Positions 41,164 to 51,824 are shown, numbered from the stretch's first letter. The stretch: 64,000 nt of DNA from Chitinophagales bacterium (GCA_947449695.1 CANFST010000002.1:5427-69426); one strand, 5' to 3'. Translations and numbers: made by a program. The notes: generated from the sequence alone by a model not told the origin.

Positions 41164-41219
41164 ATTCCAAGGTGAGTGCTTACCTTTGAAATGGGGGTAA
41201 GCATCACTTGGAATTTTTT
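41164..41219 (+). terminator. Long hairpin with U-tract upstream of the recombinase operon
   Basis: ATTCCAAGGTGA-G-TGCTTACC ... GGTAAGCA-TCACTTGGAAT followed by TTTTT. Confidence 0.55.
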
Positions 41220-41281
41220 AATAAAAATGAAATAATGAGCAGCATGAAAAAATAAAAAGTGAAACAGAAACAAAAGAACAA

Positions 41282-41494
41282 GTGATAGATGAAGTCATTA
41301 AAATGAATCCCAAGAAAGAACCGTTGACGAGTGAAAAGTTAAAAACGTTTAAAGGATTTGAGCAGATGAATGACGAAGAGTTAAAAGAATATTTACATCA
41401 CATTCATCAAATGGCGGTTATAGTGGTAGAATATTTAAGAACGCAAAATAATGACTTTATAGAATCAGATAATCAAAACAAATTAGCAGCATGA
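41282..41494 (+). CDS. Small hypothetical protein coupled to the recombinase (candidate directionality factor)
   Basis: Stop overlaps the recombinase start (ATGA); helical [19 protein letters not shown] segment. Confidence 0.6.
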   Translation: MIDEVIKMNPKKEPLTSEKLKTFKGFEQMNDEELKEYLHHIHQMAVIVVEYLRTQNNDFIESDNQNKLAA

Positions 41495-43170
41495 CAACAG
41501 AAAAATTAGAAGTATTTCAGCAATTCGGAAGAAGTGCTAAATATCAAATTAAAAAAGTAGAAACAGGCAATGTAGTTATCTATACAAGAGTTTCGAGTAA
41601 AGAACAAGCTGATAAAAACCTTTCTTTAGAAACCCAAAGAAGAGCAATAGAGCAATATGCAGAGCGCAACAAATTAGGGATATTGGGTTATTTCGGCGGA
41701 ACGTATGAAAGTGCAAAAACAGATGGCAGAAAAGAATTTAATCGGATGCTGGATTTTATCCGAAAAAGTAGAAACAAAGTCAGTACTGTTTTAGTGTATA
41801 GCATGGATAGATTTAGCCGAACAGGTGCGAAAGGAGCTATCTCCATTGTTTCAGAACTAAGGGAGAAATATGGCATTAATGTATTTGCCATCACACAGCC
41901 AACCGACACCTCAAATCCGAGTGGTGTTTTGCATCAAAACATTCAGTTACTGTTCAGTGAATATGATAATGAATTAAGAAAACAAAAAGCAGTGGCAGGG
42001 ATGAAAGAAAAACTCAAGAAAGGAATTTGGGTAGTGCCACCACCACAAGGCTATGACATCATTAAAATAAATGGGGACAGAAAAATTGTAGTGAATGAAG
42101 TAGGAAAGAAAATCAAAAAAGCTTTTCAGTGGAAAGTAGAAGGCATGAAGAATGAAGAGATTGTGAGCAAATTAAAAGCAATGAAAGTTCCCATGTATAA
42201 ACAGCAATTACTGAAAATTTTCAAAAATCCATTTTACTGTGGCTTAATTGCTCACGGCTTATTAGATGGTGAAGTAGTAGAAGGTACACATGAAAAAATG
42301 ATAACGAAAGAAATGTTTTTACGTATTAATGATATCATGCAAAGTTCTTCAAGGTTTGGTGTTCCACACCGAAAAGAGAATGACAATATTCCGTTAAAAG
42401 TATTTATGAAATGTGATGATTGCAAAGAACCATTTGCTGGTTATATCGTGAAAGCAAAGGGTTTGTATTATTACAAATGCAGAACAAATGGTTGTCGTTG
42501 TAACAAAAATGCAAAACAGATGCACGAGTTATTTGCCAATTTCCTAAATCAATTTCAGATGAATGCGGATTGTATTAAACCATTCTTGTACGAAGTTATC
42601 AGCGAAGTTGAAAAACAACAGGAAGATAACGTTTCGGAACAGAAGGTTATCAAAAGTAATTTAACAGAGGTACAGAAAAAGATTGATGATTTAGAAGAAA
42701 GGCATTTTATTAAAATAGAGATTCCCAAACCTGTTTATGAAAAATTCTTATTGAAATACCAACAAGAAAAAAAGACAATAGAGAAAAATTTGTGTGATTC
42801 TAATATTGACATTTCGAACCTGCAAAACAACTTAGAAAAGGCATTGAATTTTAGTGTGAACCTTGCCACAGCATGGAGTTCTACGGATTACTCATCAAAA
42901 GAAAAGTTGCAGAAATTAATGTTTCCTGAAGGAATTTACTACAATCGTCAAAATCACACATTTCGAACCACGAAAATAAATTTGGTATTTGCTCAAATCG
43001 CTGATTGGAAGCGAATTACAGCCGAAAATAAAAAAGGGACTTTTGATAAAAATCATCAAAAGTCCCTTTCAGCGGAGAAAGAGGGATTCGAACCCCCGGA
43101 ACCTTTCGGTTCAACAGTTTTCAAGACTGCCGCAATCGACCACTCTGCCATTTCTCCGCTGCAAATATAG
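41491..43170 (+). CDS. Large serine recombinase (integrase)
   Basis: Catalytic [15 protein letters not shown], recombinase domain NPFYCG, Zn-ribbon CDDC...YYYKC...C, coiled coil; last 31 codons overlap tRNA-Ser antisense. Confidence 0.95.
   Translation: MTTEKLEVFQQFGRSAKYQIKKVETGNVVIYTRVSSKEQADKNLSLETQRRAIEQYAERNKLGILGYFGGTYESAKTDGRKEFNRMLDFIRKSRNKVSTVLVYSMDRFSRTGAKGAISIVSELREKYGINVFAITQPTDTSNPSGVLHQNIQLLFSEYDNELRKQKAVAGMKEKLKKGIWVVPPPQGYDIIKINGDRKIVVNEVGKKIKKAFQWKVEGMKNEEIVSKLKAMKVPMYKQQLLKIFKNPFYCGLIAHGLLDGEVVEGTHEKMITKEMFLRINDIMQSSSRFGVPHRKENDNIPLKVFMKCDDCKEPFAGYIVKAKGLYYYKCRTNGCRCNKNAKQMHELFANFLNQFQMNADCIKPFLYEVISEVEKQQEDNVSEQKVIKSNLTEVQKKIDDLEERHFIKIEIPKPVYEKFLLKYQQEKKTIEKNLCDSNIDISNLQNNLEKALNFSVNLATAWSSTDYSSKEKLQKLMFPEGIYYNRQNHTFRTTKINLVFAQIADWKRITAENKKGTFDKNHQKSLSAEKEGFEPPEPFGSTVFKTAAIDHSAISPLQI
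43025..43075. repeat. Right att junction; element-supplied tRNA terminator inside the recombinase CDS
   Basis: 46/51 identical to 8743-8793; hairpin AAAGGGACTTTTGAT/ATCAAAAGTCCCTTT. Confidence 0.9.
43073..43157 (-). tRNA. tRNA-Ser (anticodon TGA)
   Basis: Acceptor GGAGAAA/TTTCTCC plus discriminator G, anticodon arm GCAGT-CTTGAAA-ACTGT, long variable arm, GTTCGAATC T-loop; CCA not encoded. Confidence 0.97.
43162..43169 (-). promoter_or_regulatory. tRNA-Ser -7 promoter box TATATTTG
   Basis: Matches TAnnTTTG, 4 nt upstream of the mature tRNA 5' end. Confidence 0.65.
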
Positions 43171-43218
43171 ACATGAAAAATAGTTCTGCAAACTTGCGCT
43201 TATCTTTTTTTATTTTTT

Positions 43219-45264
43219 TTAATTAAAAATAGCCTGAGCAATTTTTCCAGCATCAATTATTTGGCAAGTTTTGTTCTTGCAAACAAACACTAGGTTTTTA
43301 TCAGTAGCATATTCATTTAAAATATTTAGGCTTGTTAAGTTTTTCTTTTGCATCAAAATTGTTGCAGGAAAAAAATGTTGCTGAATTTTATTCGTGAATT
43401 TATCTGCATCATTTCCACAACAAATTATTTCAGTAATTCCATTTTTAAATTCATAAGCCGCACAAGCCCAATTAGCAAAGGATGTTGGATGTTGAACCAT
43501 TGCATTTTTTACTTCTTGTAATTGATTTTTTGCAATCGAAAATAATTTTTCATCTTCAAAAATCAGACTCAATTTTAAAAAAGCACGGCACAAAACTGAA
43601 TTGGGTGAAGGCACTGCACCATCGTATAATTCCATAGTACGGCTGATTACATCGTTTTGACTTTTTTTTGTGTAGTAGAAAAATGGAGAATTTTCACTTA
43701 CAAAATTTTCAATTACAAATTGCGAAAGCGAATAAGCAGAATGTAAATGATTTTCATCAAAACAAATTTCATAAATACTTAAATAAGCTTGAATCAAATA
43801 AGCATAGTCATCCAAAAATGTTGCTCCTTGAGGCTTTCCAAGTGTACATTGATGAAATAAATGCGCCGGTATTTTTCTTGGAAACAATTTTTCTTCAATG
43901 AATTTCAAACTTTGCAATGCAGCATTTTTAAATGCTTTATCACCAAAAGATTTGCAGCATTGACTCAAACCACTGATGAGCAAAGCATTCCAAGCCAACA
44001 ATTGTTTATTATCCAATTGCGGACGAACTCTTTTTCCACGAGCTCCAAATAATTTTTCATATGCAGATTTTAAAAGCTCTCTCTCTGTTGGAGAGGGTTG
44101 GGGTGAGGTTGCTTCATGCAAAATATTAAAGCCATGTTCCCAATTTCCTTCAGGTAAAATGTTGTAAGTTTTTTCAATGATTTTGTATTCTTCTTCGCCT
44201 AAAATTGATTTTAGTTCTTCGTAAGCCCAAATATAAAATTTACCTTCAATGCCTTCTGAATCTGCATCCAAAGCCGAATAGAAGCCCCCATTCAAATCTT
44301 GCATTTCTCTTTGCAACCAAATTAAAATTTGATTTGCTTTTTCCTTCAGCATATTATTTTTGGTGATGGAATAAGTTTGCGCCATCACTTTCAACAGCAA
44401 GGCATTATCGTACAGCATTTTTTCAAAGTGAGGTGCAAACCATTTTGCATCAGTGCTATATCGCGAAATGCCGCCACCGAGTTGGTCGTAAATTCCACCG
44501 TTTAACATTTTCAACAAACTCAATTCAACATGCGCTAATGCTTTTTCGTTTTTTGCAAAACGAAAATCAAACAGCAACCATTCCTTATTCATTGTTCCAA
44601 GAAATTTGGGAGCAGCTCCAAAGCCACCATCCATGCCATCAAATTGCATTTGCATGGCTTGAAATATTTTTTCAAAATCATTTTCCGAAAAAATATTTTC
44701 TGCATTTTCGTTCGGCACATCAATCATTTTTTTCTTCAAAACACTCACCACATCATTGTTGATATAATCCATTAATTGATTGGCTTGTTGCTCAACTTCA
44801 TCACGTTTTGTTTTGTAAGCATTGGCAATATGCCACAACACATCATTCCATAATGGACGATTATGCATTGGTTTTGGTGGAAAATAAGTGCCGCCATAAA
44901 ATGGTTTTAAATCGGGTGTCAAAAAAATATTCAAGGGCCATCCGCCACTTCCTGTAAGGATTTGAATGGCATTCATATAAATATGGTCAAGGTCGGGGCG
45001 CTCTTCTCTATCCACTTTTATATTGATGAAATATTCATTCATCAAAGCAGCCGTTTGTTCATTTTCAAAACTTTCATGCTCCATCACATGACACCAATGG
45101 CAACTACTATAACCAATGCTTAATAGAATTGGCTTGTTTAAATCTTTTGCTTTTTGTAATGCATCATCATTCCAAGCATGCCACTGTACTGGATTGTAGG
45201 CATGTTGTAATAAATACGGGCTAGTTTCTTTTATTAATTGATTTGGCTTTTTATTCATTCTCAC
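43219..45264 (-). CDS. Thioredoxin-domain / six-hairpin glycosidase-like protein (YyaL/DUF255, SPATA20-like)
   Basis: [56 protein letters not shown]. Confidence 0.92.
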   Translation of the reverse strand: MRMNKKPNQLIKETSPYLLQHAYNPVQWHAWNDDALQKAKDLNKPILLSIGYSSCHWCHVMEHESFENEQTAALMNEYFINIKVDREERPDLDHIYMNAIQILTGSGGWPLNIFLTPDLKPFYGGTYFPPKPMHNRPLWNDVLWHIANAYKTKRDEVEQQANQLMDYINNDVVSVLKKKMIDVPNENAENIFSENDFEKIFQAMQMQFDGMDGGFGAAPKFLGTMNKEWLLFDFRFAKNEKALAHVELSLLKMLNGGIYDQLGGGISRYSTDAKWFAPHFEKMLYDNALLLKVMAQTYSITKNNMLKEKANQILIWLQREMQDLNGGFYSALDADSEGIEGKFYIWAYEELKSILGEEEYKIIEKTYNILPEGNWEHGFNILHEATSPQPSPTERELLKSAYEKLFGARGKRVRPQLDNKQLLAWNALLISGLSQCCKSFGDKAFKNAALQSLKFIEEKLFPRKIPAHLFHQCTLGKPQGATFLDDYAYLIQAYLSIYEICFDENHLHSAYSLSQFVIENFVSENSPFFYYTKKSQNDVISRTMELYDGAVPSPNSVLCRAFLKLSLIFEDEKLFSIAKNQLQEVKNAMVQHPTSFANWACAAYEFKNGITEIICCGNDADKFTNKIQQHFFPATILMQKKNLTSLNILNEYATDKNLVFVCKNKTCQIIDAGKIAQAIFN
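44077..44110. repeat. REP-like palindromic element in frame within the YyaL-like gene
   Basis: Minus strand CCTCACCCCAACCCTCTCCAACAGAGAGAG, encoding [11 protein letters not shown]; homologous to 33013-33048. Confidence 0.65.
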
Positions 45265-45328
45265 AAATCAACACATTATTATTCTTTTGGTTTAACTATT
45301 TTTTTGATGTACGACAATCTCAATCTAC

Positions 45329-45336
45329 TACATTTG
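45329..45336 (+). promoter_or_regulatory. -7 promoter box TACATTTG
   Basis: TAnnTTTG just upstream of the ATG at 45353, with TTTG at 45303-45306. Confidence 0.6.
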
Positions 45337-45352
45337 CAGCATAACTTTTAAT

Positions 45353-47290
45353 ATGCTAAAAAATATATTTACAACAATTTTAATTTTTGTTAATTTGAAT
45401 TTGTTTGCCAGCACTGGCGATACAACGCATGTATTAACACACAATAATGTATTGCACCATTACATTACTACATCGGGTAATTACAATTATACAACTTGGA
45501 CAAGATTCCCGAATAAATCATGGCGCAAAGCGATTTTGAAAGTAACGTTTAAAGCACCTGGAAATGGCTTGCAATGCGGACAATGGGATTATTTGAATTA
45601 TGTAAAAATTTTACGAAAGGGTAGTATAAATAATCCATCCCAAAATATAGAAATTGCCAGAATCATTACCCCTTATGGCAATTCATTTGGTTCAAAATGG
45701 AGCTATACCTGGTTCGCTGATGTGACAGATTTTGCACCATTAATGAATGATTCCTTAGAAGTGGATTATAATTTCACTGGAGGTGATGGTTCAACCTCAG
45801 GGTCAAGTGGATATAAATTTACCTTAGATTTTATAATGATTGAAGGTACACCAGCCATGCAACAAACTAGCTTCACACAACTTTGGAATGGTTCATTTGC
45901 TTATGGGAACATTAATAATCCAATCGAAAATCATTTAACTCCAATCAGTATTCAAATTGATACTAGTGCGTCTATCGGACGGTTAAGATTATTACAAACT
46001 GGTCATGGGGCTGAAAACAATGACGGTTGCTCTGAGTTTTGCAACAAATATCGTTTATTGAAATGGGATAGTGTAAAAGTTGATTCACAGCAGGTTTGGC
46101 GGCTTTGTGGATTTAATGGATTATTTCCTCAAGCAGGTACATGGGTTTATGACAGAAGTAATTGGTGTCCTGGAAGCATGGTGTATCCTTACTCTTACGA
46201 TTTTAAAACCACTGCCAACAGCCATCATACTATTGATATTGATATGCAGCAATTTGTGGCAAATGGTAGTGCAAATTATGTTTTTGGTTCGCAATTTTTT
46301 CAATACAAAAAACCTATTCACAAAATTGATGCATCTATTGAAAACCTTATCAATCCTAGCTCTCAAGCTGAATACAATCGTATTAATCCAATTTGCGGTA
46401 ACCCTACTTTAACTGTAAAAAACAATGGTAGCGATACCATTCAAACACTTGGGTTCCAGTTTGGCATAGTCGGATCATCAGCTCAAACTTATTTCTGGAA
46501 TGGAATCTTATTACCTCAGCACACAACAACTATTACTTTAAATAATTTTCTACTTATTGATTCGAATTCGCAAAAATTTAACGTGACTATAAGTAGCGTA
46601 AACAATGCTTCAGATGAATACCCAGCTGACAACAGCTATACTACTAATGTTAAGCTACCATCCGTTTATGAACAAACTATGGTTTTTATTGTAAAAACAA
46701 ACAAACATCCACAAGAAACTAAATATGAAGTGAAAGACATTTGGGGAAACATTTTGCTACACAAATCTGGTTATAACTTAAATGCAAATACCACTTATCG
46801 CGATACCATTTCATTTCCTGATGGCTGCTACTTTTTCAATATTTACGATTCAAGCGATGGCGGTGGTGATGGACTTACTTTTTGGGCAGATACAGCTCAA
46901 GGCAGTGGATATGCCAAAATTGTAAATTTGGGTAATACCCCATACATCACTTTCAATTCTGATTTTGGTTCGCAAACAGGCATAAACTTCAAAGTAGGTA
47001 GCCCACAATATTTGGCTATTCAACACATTGCAAAACCAACATTAAAATGCAATGTTTTTCCCAATCCAAACAATGGCAATTTTACAGTTGATTTAGATAT
47101 GACTGGGTTTGATGATGTAACTATTTGGATAACTGATTTAATGGGAAGAGTGATTTGTAAACAAGAGTACAAGAATGTTTCAGGGCTTACAAAAAATTTC
47201 AATCTGGATAACGAATCTGCCGGAATTTATTTAGTTAAAATTTCATCATCATCACAATCCGAAATAAGAAAAATAATAAAAACAAACTGA
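45353..47290 (+). CDS. Peptide-N-glycosidase F-related protein with T9SS type A sorting domain
   Basis: QWDY, EIARIITPY, TGHG...SEFC, GTWVYDRSNWCPG; CTD VFPNPNNG...GIYLVKI...KIIK. Confidence 0.82.
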   Translation: MLKNIFTTILIFVNLNLFASTGDTTHVLTHNNVLHHYITTSGNYNYTTWTRFPNKSWRKAILKVTFKAPGNGLQCGQWDYLNYVKILRKGSINNPSQNIEIARIITPYGNSFGSKWSYTWFADVTDFAPLMNDSLEVDYNFTGGDGSTSGSSGYKFTLDFIMIEGTPAMQQTSFTQLWNGSFAYGNINNPIENHLTPISIQIDTSASIGRLRLLQTGHGAENNDGCSEFCNKYRLLKWDSVKVDSQQVWRLCGFNGLFPQAGTWVYDRSNWCPGSMVYPYSYDFKTTANSHHTIDIDMQQFVANGSANYVFGSQFFQYKKPIHKIDASIENLINPSSQAEYNRINPICGNPTLTVKNNGSDTIQTLGFQFGIVGSSAQTYFWNGILLPQHTTTITLNNFLLIDSNSQKFNVTISSVNNASDEYPADNSYTTNVKLPSVYEQTMVFIVKTNKHPQETKYEVKDIWGNILLHKSGYNLNANTTYRDTISFPDGCYFFNIYDSSDGGGDGLTFWADTAQGSGYAKIVNLGNTPYITFNSDFGSQTGINFKVGSPQYLAIQHIAKPTLKCNVFPNPNNGNFTVDLDMTGFDDVTIWITDLMGRVICKQEYKNVSGLTKNFNLDNESAGIYLVKISSSSQSEIRKIIKTN

Positions 47291-47413
47291 TAAAATCTTT
47301 TTACATAACTTCGCCTTTCTTCTCTCTTAAACTTAATTTTATTTCTCTTAAATAACTATTAAAAGAATGGTGGTTACATTACATTGTGCCTCCGAAAAAA
47401 TTGAAAAAAATCC

Positions 47414-49231
47414 ATGTGTGGAATAGCAGGAGTTTATAAATTTTACAGCAAAGATGTAGATGAAGCCGATTTGAATAAGATGATTGTTATTCAAAATCAC
47501 CGAGGACCTGATGATTCAAAAACATGGATTCATTCAGAAAACAAAATTGGTTTCGGACATAATCGTTTGCGGATTATTGATTTATCGCAAGCGGCTTCGC
47601 AACCCATGACCTATCAAGGTTTGTACACTATCACGTACAACGGCGAATTGTATAACTACAAACCACTTAAGGAAAAATTACAACAAAAAGGCTATCAATT
47701 CAACAGCCAATCCGATACAGAAGTTTTATTAGCCATGTATGCCGAATTTGGCATTGATTGTTTGCAACATTTAGATGGGATGTTTGCCTTTGCAATTTGG
47801 GATGAAAAAAAACAACGCTTGTTTTGTGCTCGAGATAGATTTGGCGAAAAACCTTTCCATTATTATTATTCAGCTCCACAAGGAAATTTTGTTTTTGCAT
47901 CCGAAATCAAAACTTTGTTTGCATCAGGATTAGTACCAAAAGAATTTAATTACCGTATGGTATATCATTTTCTGGCAAATGAGATGGTCGAAAATCCATT
48001 CAATTTTGAGGAAACATTTTATGATAACATATCTAGATTAGAAGCGGCACATTACTTAATAATTGATGGTACAGGAAGATTGCAAAAAGGAAAATATTGG
48101 GAATTGAAAAATGAAACCAATCATTCTATTTCGGAAAAAGATGCTGTAGAAAAATTTCAAGAATTATTTTTAGATTCAGTACGAACCAGATTACAAGCAG
48201 ATGTTCCATTTGGCACATCCCTTTCTGGTGGATTAGATTCTAGTTCAATTTTATGCGCCGCAAGGCAACATTACAAAGGTGATTTAAAAGCTTTTTCAGC
48301 CCGATTTAAAGATGCGAAATTAGATGAGGGGAAATACATAGAAGCAGTTGTAAAGCATGCTCAAGTAAAAAGTATTCAAACCACACCTGATGAAAATACA
48401 TTCTTGGATTCGGTAGAAAAAATATTATACTATCAAGAAGAACCATTTTCTAGTGCCAGCATTGTTGCACAATGGGAAGTAATGAAATTGGCAGCTAATA
48501 ATGATGTTAAAGTATTGATTGATGGGCAGGGCTCAGATGAGTATTTAGCTGGCTATACTCATTTTCACTTCACTTATCTTAAAGAACTATTTATAAATAA
48601 TAGAACTACATTTTATGAAGAAGTAAGAAATCAACGTGAAAATATTAACCCAAATTTTTCTTTAGGATTACAATTTTATTTTCAAACAATTTTTCCTGCA
48701 TCATTTGACAAACTTCAAAGTTTTAAAAATACTGCTTTTGGGAGTGAGAAAGATAAATTTTTGCATTACGATTTTTTTCGACAATACCAGGAAAAACAAA
48801 ATCCATTCAACAATTTTTTGACTTTAAAAGAAGCGACCAATTATTTTACAACACAGTATGGCTTGCATAAATTGCTCCGATTTGCGGACCGAAGTTCCAT
48901 GGCACATTCAATCGAAGTAAGATTACCATTTTTAAATCATAACTTAGTAGAGTTTACGCATTCCTTACCTGCTGATTTATTAATAAAAAATGGATGGAGC
49001 AAATATGTACTGCGCAAATCAATGGAACCTTATCTGCCTCAAGAAATTACTTGGCGAAAAGATAAGCTAGGATTTCAAGCACCACAATTAGACTGGTTAA
49101 AATCTCCTACGATTCAGCCCATTATGCACGAAGCCACACAATGGATGAAGACACATCATATTTTAAATAAAAAGTATAAAAAAGAATATTCATGGTTAAT
49201 TCTGATCATGTATTTATTCCTCCGAAAATAA
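47414..49231 (+). CDS. asnB: Asparagine synthase (glutamine-hydrolysing) family amidotransferase, copy 1
   Basis: MCGIAG, HRGPD, NGELYN, RDRFGEKP, SLSGGLDSS, DRSSMAHSIEVRLPFL. Confidence 0.88.
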   Translation: MCGIAGVYKFYSKDVDEADLNKMIVIQNHRGPDDSKTWIHSENKIGFGHNRLRIIDLSQAASQPMTYQGLYTITYNGELYNYKPLKEKLQQKGYQFNSQSDTEVLLAMYAEFGIDCLQHLDGMFAFAIWDEKKQRLFCARDRFGEKPFHYYYSAPQGNFVFASEIKTLFASGLVPKEFNYRMVYHFLANEMVENPFNFEETFYDNISRLEAAHYLIIDGTGRLQKGKYWELKNETNHSISEKDAVEKFQELFLDSVRTRLQADVPFGTSLSGGLDSSSILCAARQHYKGDLKAFSARFKDAKLDEGKYIEAVVKHAQVKSIQTTPDENTFLDSVEKILYYQEEPFSSASIVAQWEVMKLAANNDVKVLIDGQGSDEYLAGYTHFHFTYLKELFINNRTTFYEEVRNQRENINPNFSLGLQFYFQTIFPASFDKLQSFKNTAFGSEKDKFLHYDFFRQYQEKQNPFNNFLTLKEATNYFTTQYGLHKLLRFADRSSMAHSIEVRLPFLNHNLVEFTHSLPADLLIKNGWSKYVLRKSMEPYLPQEITWRKDKLGFQAPQLDWLKSPTIQPIMHEATQWMKTHHILNKKYKKEYSWLILIMYLFLRK

Positions 49232-49234
49232 ATT

Positions 49235-51115
49235 ATGTGTGGCATTGCAGGTTATTTTTCATTTTATAAATCATACGAAAAACAATTGTTGGAAGCAAGT
49301 ACCAACACCATGGCACATCGAGGACCAGATGCTGCTGGATTTTATTTTAATGAAAATCAAACTTGCGGATTGGGGCATCGAAGATTAAGTATAATTGATT
49401 TAAGCACAGCCGCTAATCAACCCATGATAAGCCATAACAGGCAGTTTCAAATGGTTTTTAATGGCGAAATATTTAATTACCAAGAAATTGCAACTGAACT
49501 TCAAAATGAATTTTTACAAAAAAACCAGCACCAATTACAGTTTAAAACACATTCCGATTCGGAAGTAATTTTAGAAGCATTTTCATTTTGGGGAAATGAA
49601 TTTGTTGAACGATTAAATGGGATGTTCACTATTGTAATTTATGATACAAAAGAACATCAGCTTTTTATTTTTAGAGATCGGTTGGGGGTAAAACCTTTAT
49701 ACTATTATTTTGAAAATGATTTGTTTGTTTTTGGCTCAGAATTAAAAGCTGTTGCCAATTTTCCTTCCATAAAAAACAGTTTACAAATTAACGCTGAAGC
49801 CATCAATCAATATCTACACATAGGCTATGTAGCAGAACCTTTAAGTATCTACAATCAAATTCGTAAATTTCCAGCAGGTGCTTTTGGGCTTTTAAAAAAT
49901 GAAAAACTAAATATTCAATTTTATTGGAAGGCTGAGGAGAAAATTACAACCGAAATAATTTCTGATTTTACTGAAGCAAAAAATCAGCTCCAAAAATTGT
50001 TGTTGCAATCTGTAAAACATCGCATGATTAGCGATGTTCCGTTTGGTACATTTTTAAGTGGTGGCATTGATTCAAGTTTGATAACAGCCATGGCGCAAGA
50101 AAATTCTGATACAGCAATCAATACATTTTCAATCGGTTTTAAAGAGGCATCACACAACGAAAGTATTTATGCAAAGCAGGTTTCAAATCATTTAAAAACT
50201 AATCATCATGAATTTATGGTGAGCGAAAAAGATGTTTTTGATTTGATTCCCAAAATTGCCTTTGCTTATGACGAGCCTTATGCTGATTCATCAGCATTGC
50301 CAACCATGCTGGTTTCAAAGTTGGCAAAACAGTACGTCACCATGACTTTGAGTGGTGATGGTGGTGATGAATTAATGCATGGATATGGCATGTATAATTG
50401 GGCGAATAGATTAAGTAACCCTGCGGTGAAATTATTGAGAAAGCCGACTTCACAACTTCTCCAATTAATGTCTTCAAGGTTTAAGCGCATTGCTGATGTA
50501 ATGAATTATGAAAATGAAAGTTTAATTCATGGTCATATTTTTTCTCAAGAACAATATCTGTTTTCAAAAAACGAATTGAAAAATCTTGTTAAAAAAGAAT
50601 GGCAATCTGATTTCCATTTTAAATATCATTTCGATACAAAAAGAAAATTAAGTGCTGCCGAAGAACAAGCCTTATTTGATATTAAATATTATTTGAAAGA
50701 TGATTTGTTGGTTAAAGTGGATAGAGCAAGCATGCAATTTTCATTAGAAACCCGAACACCTTTTTTAGATTTTAATGTGGTGCAATATTGCTTGAATATT
50801 GATGAAAAGCTAAAATCAAACAATGGGGTTCAGAAATATTTGTTGAAAGAAATTTTATACGATTATGTGCCAAAAGAATTCTATAATCGTCCGAAATGGG
50901 GATTCAGTGTGCCTTTGAGCAAATGGTTAAAAAATGATTTACGATATTTGATAGATGAATTTTTGAGTGAAGAAAAAGTAAATCAAGCAGGATTCGTGGA
51001 ATATCGAATGGTTGCAGAGTTAAAAAATAAATATTTGAATGAGCCGAAATTTGCTCATTATTATAACCGAATTTGGGCTTTAATTCAGTTACATAATTGG
51101 TATTATAACCGATAA
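49235..51115 (+). CDS. asnB: Asparagine synthase (glutamine-hydrolysing) family amidotransferase, copy 2
   Basis: MCGIAG, HRGPD, NGEIFN, RDRLGVKP, FLSGGIDSS, SGDGGDE, KVDRASM. Confidence 0.88.
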   Translation: MCGIAGYFSFYKSYEKQLLEASTNTMAHRGPDAAGFYFNENQTCGLGHRRLSIIDLSTAANQPMISHNRQFQMVFNGEIFNYQEIATELQNEFLQKNQHQLQFKTHSDSEVILEAFSFWGNEFVERLNGMFTIVIYDTKEHQLFIFRDRLGVKPLYYYFENDLFVFGSELKAVANFPSIKNSLQINAEAINQYLHIGYVAEPLSIYNQIRKFPAGAFGLLKNEKLNIQFYWKAEEKITTEIISDFTEAKNQLQKLLLQSVKHRMISDVPFGTFLSGGIDSSLITAMAQENSDTAINTFSIGFKEASHNESIYAKQVSNHLKTNHHEFMVSEKDVFDLIPKIAFAYDEPYADSSALPTMLVSKLAKQYVTMTLSGDGGDELMHGYGMYNWANRLSNPAVKLLRKPTSQLLQLMSSRFKRIADVMNYENESLIHGHIFSQEQYLFSKNELKNLVKKEWQSDFHFKYHFDTKRKLSAAEEQALFDIKYYLKDDLLVKVDRASMQFSLETRTPFLDFNVVQYCLNIDEKLKSNNGVQKYLLKEILYDYVPKEFYNRPKWGFSVPLSKWLKNDLRYLIDEFLSEEKVNQAGFVEYRMVAELKNKYLNEPKFAHYYNRIWALIQLHNWYYNR

Positions 51116-51119
51116 AAGT

Positions 51120-51824
51120 ATGGCGAATAAAATCTTTGTTTCGCAATCTAATTATATTCCCTGGAAAGGCTTTTTCGATGCTATTAATACCGTTGATCAC
51201 TATGTGGTATATGATGACATGCAATTTACTCGAAGAGATTGGCGTAATCGAAATTTAATTAAAACTCCAAAAGGTTTATGTTGGCTGACTATTCCAGTTG
51301 AAACTAAAGGAAAATATTTTCAAAAAATTAATGAAGTAAAAATTGCAGATGTGAATTGGAACAAAAAGCATTGGCAAATTTTACAACAAAATTATTCAAA
51401 AGCAAAATGCTTTGATGAAGTAAAATTGTTTATTGAAGAATTGTATTTAAGTTCTTCTTCGGAATATTTATCAGAAATCAATTTGCATTTTTTAAAAAAT
51501 ATAAATATTTTTTTAGGTATTACTACTCCACTTATATCTGATTTTAAAAATAATTTATCTTTAGAAAAAAACGAACGCCTTATTTCGCTCTGCCAACAAT
51601 TTAATTCTAATGATTATTTCACAGGAAGTTCTGCCAAAGCTTATTTAGAAGAACCAAAATTTAAAAATGCCAATATCAATGTACAATATTTCGACTATGA
51701 AGATTATCCTCAATACGAACAACTACATGGCAAATTCAATCATCATGTTTCCATATTAGATTTGCTGTTTTGTGAAGGACACCATGCGAAAAAATTCATG
51801 AAATCATTCCCCGAAAATGCTTGA
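51120..51824 (+). CDS. WbqC-family protein
   Basis: QSNYIPWKGFF, YDDMQF...WRNRN, WLTIPV, YEQLHG.F...SILDLLF. Confidence 0.88.
   Translation: MANKIFVSQSNYIPWKGFFDAINTVDHYVVYDDMQFTRRDWRNRNLIKTPKGLCWLTIPVETKGKYFQKINEVKIADVNWNKKHWQILQQNYSKAKCFDEVKLFIEELYLSSSSEYLSEINLHFLKNINIFLGITTPLISDFKNNLSLEKNERLISLCQQFNSNDYFTGSSAKAYLEEPKFKNANINVQYFDYEDYPQYEQLHGKFNHHVSILDLLFCEGHHAKKFMKSFPENA

Noticed and set aside
42989-43183. 64-aa ORF overlapping the recombinase end and tRNA
   Set aside because: Alternative-frame reading across the antisense of a tRNA (RRKRDSNPR pattern), a common artefact
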